Positions 1 through 8,250 of a DNA stretch of 11,541 bases are shown in pieces. The DNA is from Zygophlyctis sp. KS116 (taxonomy: Eukaryota > Fungi > Chytridiomycota): assembly GCA_054661495.1 (NCBI GenBank), contig BAAFSQ010000307.1, positions 1-11,541 of the forward strand, read 5' to 3'. Below the pieces are notes generated by a model. It did not search any database, had not been told where the DNA came from, and saw only the letters and a program-made list of their open reading frames with translations. The position numbers were made by a program, and so were the translations under genes. How positions within the stretch are numbered: the first letter of the stretch is position 1; each line of letters opens with the position of its first letter.

Positions 1-90
1 GATGATGATGGCGAAGAATTTATTCCTGCATTTAATAAACCAGAAATGATAAGTAAATGGATGGAATCTTCTGATACGCTACTCAGCTAA
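1..90 (+). CDS. 3' end of an unidentified protein-coding gene (DDDGEEFIPAFNKPEMISKWMESSDTLLS*)
   Basis: Frame 1 is open from the window edge to TAA at 88-90 with protein-like composition. Too short to identify. Confidence 0.6.
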   Translation, partial: DDDGEEFIPAFNKPEMISKWMESSDTLLS

Positions 91-213
91 ATGCTTCCTT
101 TGAATCATTTTCGGGCAGGGTAGCTCTAGAATTATTATCGTCTACTTGAAAGTAAAATCGATGGATTTCAAGACTATGATATTGTTTAATTAGCAGATTA
201 TAAGATTAGTACA

Positions 214-287
214 CCAATAAATGAGTCAGAAATCTTATCTGAGACGGCGGCGGTGTGGGACAGTTTGCGGCGTATGGTTTATAAATA
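214..287 (+). promoter_or_regulatory. Putative peroxidase promoter: CCAAT (214-218), AP-1/Gcn4-type TGAGTCA (222-228), GATA-type CTTATCT (234-240), GC-rich patch (241-277), TATAAATA (280-287)
   Basis: Motifs read directly and clustered in the 204-nt intergenic region. Short motifs can occur by chance. Confidence 0.35.
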
Positions 288-294
288 CATAAGA

Positions 295-1310
295 ATGATC
301 ATTCTGTTATTGAGTTTAGCCAACTGCATATTGGCATTAGATCCTTTAGTAGCCCAGAAATCTGCAGATGCTTTAATCTTTCTCTTACAAGCTCCAGGAA
401 ACTGTTTAATCTCTGCTACTGACCTTCCAGCAGATGCTCCTTCAAAGAACTTGGCTGCATTATGGATAAGAGCTGCTTTCCATGATGCTGGAACTTTTGA
501 CTCTTTAGACTCTGCTAATCCAGGAGGAGCAAATGGTCATCTTGTTTACACTGCAGACATTGGAGATAATAAAGGACTAGCAAACACATTGGCAAATCAG
601 AGAATCACTGGAAGACAAAATTATAATATTAGTGATGCAGATCTAATTGCATTGGGAGGAGCAGTAACTGTAACTCATTGCGGAGGTCCTAAAATTCCAT
701 TTAGAGGAGGAAGAGTTGATGTTAATACTTCTTCTACTCCAATTTCTTTATTACAATCAAATGTTGCTAGATTACCAGCATCAAATGAAGCATATGCTAC
801 TGTAAAGACTAAATTACTTAAATTGGGATTTTCATTTGCCGACATTGCTGCACTAGGTAACTAATAATCCTTTTTAATATTAAAGTGACTGGATCTCATT
901 CCATGGGTGGAATTCATAAAGCAATCTCCCCAGATTTCACAAACCAAGATTTTACTCCATTTGATGACACTCCTGGAATATTTGACAATAATGTATTCAA
1001 GAAATCACTCGAAGGGAAATGTGCGCTTAAATTAGATTGTGATATTGCAAATGATCCTGATATAAGACCATTTGTTCAATTGTATGCATCTGATCAAAAT
1101 GCATTTTTCAAACAGTATGCAGAGTCTTTTCCAAAGTTGACTGGTCTAACAAATTCAAATCTTGATCAACCTATAGATATTAATGTAGCAGTTCATGCAC
1201 ATTTATTTACTGAAGGAACAGTAAGTACTAAAAACTCAACCTCATCTGCATCATCTGTGACAGGACTTTTAGTGTTGGCGTTTAATTTTTTAAAGATTTT
1301 CGCGTTTTAG
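295..1310 (+). CDS. Secreted heme peroxidase (peroxidase-catalase superfamily, class II-like/hybrid type), 328 aa, with a probable GPI signal. Exons 295-856, 886-1310
   Basis: Signal peptide MIILLLSLANCILA; distal WIRAAFHDAGT; SDADLIALGG; GGPKIPFRGGRVD. Removing the 29-nt intron 857-885 restores DIAALVTGSHSMG (proximal His). Also PFDDTPGIFDN and an S/T-rich then hydrophobic C-terminus. Confidence 0.9.
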
Positions 1311-1311
1311 A

Positions 1312-2599
1312 ATGAACAAGGACGAAGCCAGTCGGTGTCTTGATATTTCTAAATCTAAATATGCCAATGGAAATTCTGAGGCTGCCATAAAATTCGCAAA
1401 AAAATCCATCTCCCTCTTTTCAACTTCCAATGCAGTAGAATGGGTAAATTCCATTGTTAATGAGTAGTTGGAATTTATCTCTAAAACTTCTTCATCGTCC
1501 AGACCGACAACTAGACAGAGGAAGAGATCACCTTCTCCAAAAAAAGAAGAAGTTAGGCCTTATACTATGGAGCAAGTGGAAGGAATTAATAAAATTAAGA
1601 GATTCAAGGCAAAGGGGGACTTATATTCTATTTTAGGCTTGACAAAAGGAGCTCAGGAAATTGAAATTAAAAAGGCTTATAGAAAGGTTGATTTTGAATT
1701 TTGAATTTATAGGTGGCGTTATTGTATCATCCAGACAAGTGTACTGCTCCAGGTGCAGATGAGGCATTTAAAGGTAATTTTGAACGTATTTAATTAAAGC
1801 TATCGGACATGCTTTTGCAGTTTTGGGAGATAAAGAGAAAAAGGCTGCGTATGATATGTTTGGGTCAGAGACGGGTTCGAATTCAGGAATTGGGAGAAGG
1901 AGTAATCCTTTTGGAGCAGCTCATGGGTTTAATACAAACTCAAATTTTGGACATTTTGAGGCTGAATTGTCTCCTGAAGATTTATTTAATATGTTTTTTG
2001 GTCCTAATAATAGAGGTACTGTCAAGTTTTTAAAACTTTTAGGGCCAAGACCTGCTTTTAGGACAGATGGTCCTCAATTTTCAAGGAATACATCAAACAG
2101 AAGTTCAGGTAGGGATAGAAGAACGCCAGAATTTACTCATGTAAATCGGTCAGGAAGTTATCTACAATTATTACCAGTATTCTTTTTGTTGCTTTTTACA
2201 ATGATTTCTTGGATTTCTGGAGGTATTTTTATAGTTTTCTTATTCTTCAAGGGCTTGGTGGTCCTGAATTTTCTTTTACAAAGTCTAATGCTAACTCTCA
2301 TGAGGCATATACAAAAGAACATGATGTTAAATTCTTTATTGATCCGTGGAAATATAATTCCCAGTATAAATATAATCAGCAAAGACTGAGAAATTTAGAA
2401 AGACAAGTGGAAAGACAGGTAATTAAAAACTTTAATAAGATAGTATTATCAGAATTTGCAATACCGATGCAGCAAAGAACGGGAGGAAAGAAATTATAAA
2501 ATGGCGGCTGCTAGAGGATGGTTTGAAACAAATATGAAGGAATACACTAAAGCTAGAGAAATGAGACTTCCTTCGTGTGAAGCACTTCGAGATTGGTAG
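1312..2599 (+). CDS. HLJ1: ER-membrane J-domain co-chaperone, DNAJB12/14-Hlj1 family, ~376 aa. Introns 1444-1467, 1687-1712, 1774-1799, 2016-2042, 2223-2251, 2419-2443
   Basis: N-terminus MNKDEASRCLDIS resembles DNAJB12 NKDEAERC. Spliced J-domain [48 protein letters not shown]; TM segment LQLLPVFFLLLFTMISWI; DUF1977-like tail ending LPSCEALRDW*. Confidence 0.92.
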
Positions 2600-2654
2600 T
2601 AATATTCTTTAATAGAACTCATGCATTGTAAATCTAAACTAGAAAAAACCCCTT

Positions 2655-4062
2655 TTATTTCGCTGAAATTCGTGGATCCATAGAGTCAAGCGATGGGATT
2701 TCCTCCAACACTTGCTTGATGATTTCTACACCTTTATCCAATTCTGCTTCAGTTATGACGAGTGGGGGTGCCAAACGAATTATGTTTTGATGAGTTGGCT
2801 TAGCCAAAATACCATAATGTTTCATCAATAGACAGATTTGCCAAGCAGTCTTTTTAGCCTTTGACTCATCAATCACAATTGCATTCAGTAATCCTTTTCC
2901 TCTGACGATCGTAATCAATGGAGATTTAAGGTCGATAAGAGCTTGACGGAATCTAATGCCTAATGCTTCAGCCTTGATTATTAGTTTAAAAATTAGAATA
3001 CCTTTTCAGCTAAATTTTCTTCCTTCAAAACACTTAGAGCTGCCATTGCTACAGCACAACCAAGTGGATTACCACCATAAGTACTACCATGTTCTCCTGC
3101 TTGTATGCAAAGCATGACATCTTTATTTGCAAGTATAGCACTAACAGGATAGACCCCTCCTGAAAGAGCTTTTCCTAAAATCAAGACATCTGGTTTAACA
3201 TTTTCATGATCTACTGCAAGCATTCTACCAGTTCTAGCCAAACCCGTTTGAATTTCATCTGCAATAAACAAAACATTATATTTCTTGCATAATGCATAAG
3301 CTTTTGACAGATATCCATCATCTGGAACAAAAATTCCTGCTTCACCTTGAATGGGTTCCACCAAAAAACCAGCAACATTTGGCCCATGGGCTTTTAAAGC
3401 AGCTTCCAAGTCATCTAAATTATTGTAATTTAATCTCTGCTTAGTCACTGGACAAATGCATCCAATATTGGGAACAAAAGGACCAAATCCAGTAGTAGAA
3501 TCAGGATCAGTAGACATACTTACTATTGCAATTGTTCGACCATGAAAATTCCCAGTACAAGAAAGTACAATGGCTTTATCCATTGGAATACCCTTCTTTT
3601 TATATCCCCATTTCCGTGCCAATTTAATTGCAGTCTCCACACCTTCTGCACCAGTATTCATTGGTAAAACCATATCAAATCCAAAATATTCTGTAATATA
3701 TTTTGCATAAATCCCAAAAACATCATTGTAGAACGCTCTTGATGATAGACAGAGTTTAGAAGCCTGATCTGTCAAAGCCTTGATAATCTTTGGATGACAA
3801 TGTCCTAAAGACTTTAATGGTTGAAATTACCTTGATTTACAGCAGAATAGGCTGAAAGAAAATCCATATAAGTCTTTCCTTCAGGATCAGTCACATAAAT
3901 TCCTTGAGCTTGACTGAAAACGACTGGAAGAGGATGATAATTGTGAGCTCCATATGCATGCTCCAAGTTTGTAATCTCTTCAGATGTTACATCCGAGCTA
4001 GATAGGACAATCGATGAGTTGTTCTTTACTGCAATATCAGATGATTTTGAATCAGTCAACAT
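2655..4062 (-). CDS. CAR2: Ornithine aminotransferase (class III PLP enzyme), 450 aa. Introns 3805-3830 and 2973-3001
   Basis: [72 protein letters not shown]-lysine [25 protein letters not shown]. No obvious mitochondrial presequence, as in cytosolic fungal enzymes. Confidence 0.97.
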
Positions 4063-4292
4063 TTTTTAATAATTCTTAAACGCCACATGAACCATTTGTC
4101 GTGGATATCTATTTCTAGAGATCTAATAATAGAACTGGCTGTTCCACAATCAACAAACAGATGCATACTCTCATTAATGCAAATCCCTATTCTTCATTAT
4201 GACACTAGATTTTACTACTGGAAAACGGTTGAAATTGTAATAAAACATTTTATAGCGCTTTAATTTCTTAATAATAATGCGCCAAGATTTTG

Positions 4293-4412
4293 AAATGTCC
4301 GAATGATCAAGTCCAGCGTAATCTCTTTCATACAGATTTAAAATAAATGCACTACTCTTGATCATTCTACTAATATATCTTTTGACTATAATACAAAAGA
4401 AAATCAGCCAAA
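4293..4412 (-). ncRNA. Candidate structured ncRNA with H/ACA snoRNA-like layout
   Basis: Minus strand: hairpin TTTGGCTG/TAGTCAAA, hinge with ANANNA (ATATTA), second hairpin with an 11-bp perfect stem GAATGATCAAG/CTTGATCATTC, then GG-ACA-TTT. Folded by eye only; no target identified. Confidence 0.3.
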
Positions 4413-4462
4413 TTCAGTGTTTCAAATTTTACCCGAGTTTCGAGTTTCCCTTGAGAATTTGA

Positions 4463-7373
4463 ATGATTGGATTACAAGCAACCATTAATTTGGAAGAAAC
4501 AATCAAGATGCTTACTGATAATCCAGATGATGGCTATGAGTCTGCTGATGAAGAGATTCCTTTGAATGTTGGGGAATTTCTTGAACAAGCTGTGCAAGGA
4601 AGTGGGATAGAGTCTTTTCAGAGTATTATTGAAGATCCTTCAAATGCAGTTTTGGAAGAACTTCAGGATCAATTTGGAGCAAGTTTTGATATTAATGCAG
4701 ATCTCAATGATGGCAAGAAAAGAAGAGGAAAGAAAGTTATGCCGAAAACGCTTCCTTCACATTTGACTGACTTATTCGGGAATGCGAATATGGCTTATAC
4801 TCTTGGAAATTATGCGGAAGCTGTTCATCTGCTAAAATGCATCATTAAAGAATTTCCTAGTGCTCCACAACCATGGCTACAATTGGCAATGATTCATGAT
4901 GAATTAGGGGATCCGACAAAAGCATTACAAGTTTACTTGGTTGCAGCTCATTTGACAAAGAAGGATGCTGATCTTTGGAAGAGGTTGGGAGATATGTTCA
5001 AGTAGGATTTTTTAAATTACTCACTTAATAGAGCGTTTGAGAATCCGGATCAAGCAATTTACTGTTATACGAAAACTATTCGAATTAATCCACAAGATAC
5101 TGACTCATTATGGGAGAGAGCTTTGCTTTATAGAGAAGAAGGTTTGTTAGGGAAGGCTATTTCTGGACTTAAAGAAATTTTAAATATTCTTCCAAATGAT
5201 ACTCTAACTGTAAAAGAATTAGCAGACATTTATATTCAAATTGGTAATAATCAAGCAGCTCTTGAAATTTTTGAGTTAATGATGAATTCATTGTTTCAAG
5301 AGGAATTACAGACAATTGATCAAACTTTGGATGGGTGCGAAATTGTCGGACATTATTCAATGGGTGTATTGGCTGAAACAAATACGTATAATGTTGGCTT
5401 TGAAGAGGTTCATACTTTGGCAAACTTATATATTTCAATGTCGGAATATGATAAAGCTGCCAATACGATTATAATATGGGTAGAGAAACTAAAACGAATG
5501 CAATTTTTAGATCCTTTATCAATAGATTTTGATTTTGATTCGGAGAATGATATTCCGATCGAGCTAAGAGTAAAACTAGGGATTTGTAGATTATATCAGG
5601 GTTCAGTTGATACAGCAAAGGTAAATTCAATTGTTACTCATATTAATAGCTTCATTTCCAAAGATTAATGATTTTTCTTCCTTCAGATCACATAAATCTA
5701 TTTAGAGAGGTTGCTGATGCATTTATATTCCATAGCATGTACCAGGATGCTTTATCGTTTTTAGAAATTGCTAATCAGGGGCATCAATTAGAGCCGCATG
5801 AAACTTTTCTCCGTATGGCTAAATGTTATTATAATTTGGGCGATTCGGAAACCGCCATTCAAATGTGCAAATCAGGTACAAAAGCATTATTAATAATTTA
5901 AGCACTTGACTCTAAACCTACTGATATCGATTCGAAAATGATGCTCGCAGTGATTTACGAAGATATTGGAAGTGTTGAAAAGGCTCGACAGCTTACAGAT
6001 GAAGGTAAGCTATTTTTTTCTGAATTTTTTAGTCGAGGAAATGACAAGAAATCGCAAGGCAGAGGAGAAGAAAAGAGCCCTTGACTTGAAGATAAAGCCA
6101 AAGACCCCCACGAAGAAAATAGACAGGCTTCAACTCCTGCAAGAGGAAAAACAAAAGGTTTTGGAGGCTCGAGAATTGCATGATAAGATCAATTCTTTGA
6201 TACCATTATCTGAGAACAACATATCAGTTAGGGTATTTGTCAATAATTATCACTAATGTATAGAAAGATTGCCTTCGTTATATGCGTCAATTAGTTTCTA
6301 GGTTTACCAGCACGAATGATTTTTATCCGGTAATTTTCCTACTGTTTATATTTCAGGCCGAAAGATCAAAGGAATTTTCAGGGATATCTTCCCTGCGTTT
6401 TTTGAAAAACTTCTCAGATCCTAGCGTCGACGAAATTCTTCAGGATGATTGTTTTCAAGGTATATGCTTTGAAGATTGGTATAAAATCTTTATCAAGGTG
6501 ATTTGACCCTTTAGAATAAACTTTTAGCATGCGCAACTCTTAACTCGCGACGGCAACCAAGAAGAAGCACATGAAGTTCTAAAATCAGCATTTGACGCTT
6601 CAATATTTTTTCACGTAGAAGAAAAGAGAACAGCTATTAAACTTCACATGGTAGCATCCGCAATATTTGCCAACAATTTCCCCATGGTTTCAGAATTATG
6701 TCGATACTTTTTAAATGATCGATTGTTAACCAATGATATGTATCACTTATATATAGCCTGCTTAAGTAAAGGATATGGCGCTCTTGAATATTTTGGTAAA
6801 TAATTTTAATAATGTTTGATAGCTTCTCAACATAATCAGCGATATTTTGTCCGAAATATTAAATTATTAGAAAAAGAAGCTAAAAAGTCTCGAAATGCAC
6901 TTGAATTCAAAAATCCCGTTTTATATGCTTTGCATGGACACATCTCAACCTGTTCTCGAAGTTATTTGGACGCGCTCTACTACTATATGAGAGCTTACAA
7001 ACTCGCCCCAAAAGATCCATTAATAAACCTATGCATGGGAATCGCTCATCTTCATAGAGCAATGCAACGCAAAGCATCTGATCGGCATGAACATATCACA
7101 TGTGCATTTATGTTTTTTCTTCAATATCAGGAACTTTGTGAATCAAATCTTGAGAGTTATTACAATCTTGGTCGGGCATTTCATCATATTGGGCTTTATC
7201 ACTTGGCAATTGATTATTATGAGAAAGGGTTAGCAATCAGTTCAACAAAAGAAAAAAACAATTTGTGCCACGAGATTGCATATAACCTCTCGCTAATCTA
7301 TTGTCAATCAGGCTCTTATTTACTGGCACGGGAAATTTTAAGAAAATACAACACCTTTGATGAAATATACTAA
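4463..7373 (+). CDS. TFC4: RNA polymerase III transcription factor TFIIIC TPR subunit (Tfc4/Sfc4/GTF3C3), ~893 aa. Introns 5002-5031, 5621-5649, 5876-5902, 6005-6032, 6233-6263, 6330-6356, 6498-6527, 6796-6822
   Basis: Acidic N-terminus then TPR repeats (GNANMAY, YLVAAHL, AIYCY), PIELRVKLGICRL, and C-terminal HRAMQR...ESYYNLGRAFHHIGLYHLAIDYYEKGL...EIAYNLSLIY. The start could be 4463 or 4508. Confidence 0.93.
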
Positions 7374-8211
7374 ATCAATATATTTTGTTTCTGGTCTTTC
7401 AATAGGCTTTGGAACCAATTTTATTATTTCTACATTTTACAAAAGAGAAATTGAGCACGATGCACTTATCCATGGATCACCAGGTAATTTACAATCTTAT
7501 TATTATAGGCCCAATCACTGATATTTTACAACATAAGTCTTACATTGGAGCCTATAATAGAGTTTCTAGGAACCCATACTGGGTAGCAGAGCATTTAAGT
7601 CAAGAATCCTTGAATGGACAAGTTAACCGAAAGCATTTGAAATTTAGAGAGAATTCTGTGATCCCAGAAAAGTTTAGATCTCACTTGTCTGATTATGTTA
7701 AAAGCGGATATGATCGTGGACATTTAGTTCCAGCAGCAGATATTACTACTAATTCTAGAGACTTAGCAGAAACATTTCTACTTAGTAACTGTAGCCCTCA
7801 GAATATTGGTTTTAATCGTGGATATTGGGCATCTCTTGAAAAGAAAATAAGATCTCTTACAAATTCATATTCTGATGTTTATATACTCACTGGGCCTTTA
7901 TTTATACCACATAAGGAAGCCGACGGATATTATGTGAAATACAAGGTAATTGGTGATCCACCAAACACTGCCGTTCCGACTCACTTTTTTAAAGGTAGTA
8001 AATAGATTTTAACAATTTAGTTGTATTAGCTACAAATAATGATTCTAATAACTATATTGGATCATGGGTTCTTCCAAATTCTGAAATTCCATCAGGGACA
8101 CCATTGGAACACTTTGAAACAAAAATTGAATCAGTAGAGGTGTCTTCTGGACTTGAATTTTTTCCAAAAGTTGATAAGAGTTTAGCAAAATCATTAATAA
8201 ACGTCCGATAA
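7360..8211 (+). CDS. NUC1: Mitochondrial DNA/RNA non-specific nuclease (Nuc1/EndoG), 266 aa. Introns 7484-7508 and 7995-8020
   Basis: Spliced HGSPG-PITD...RNPYWVAEHL; catalytic SGYDRGHLVPAAD; FLLSNCSPQ, GFNRGYW, VIGDPPNTAVPTHFFK-VVL, VLPN, SGLEFF. ATG 7360 is the only in-frame start for exon 1. Confidence 0.93.
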
Positions 8212-8233
8212 CCAAAAGGATTACGTCCGATAA
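8201..8233 (+). repeat. 11-bp direct repeat ACGTCCGATAA x2 (8201-8211, 8223-8233)
   Basis: Exact copies with a 22-bp period, just upstream of the USO1 ATG. Confidence 0.85.
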
Positions 8234-8250
8234 TTTAGGTTTTTTCAACT

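Noticed and set aside
253-294. ORF-track N-terminal extension of the peroxidase (GTG 253, ATG 274)
   Set aside because: GTG starts are not expected in a eukaryote, and the signal peptide begins cleanly at ATG 295.
4300-4325. TPP riboswitch-like words (TGATC...CCAGCGTA)
   Set aside because: Spacing is wrong, the CTGAGA and P5 loop elements are missing, and no thiamine gene is adjacent.
4087-4365. Small ORFs in the large gap: + strand 4087-4263 (58 aa, possible intron 4228-4255) and - strand 4174-4365 (63 aa)
   Set aside because: No recognisable homology and they overlap the hairpins. Not called, though not fully excluded.
4304-4370. Resemblance to U2 snRNA (GATCAAGT) and U3 box A (ACTACT..GATCATT)
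   Set aside because: The U2 GTAGTA branch-pairing sequence and the downstream U3 boxes are absent.
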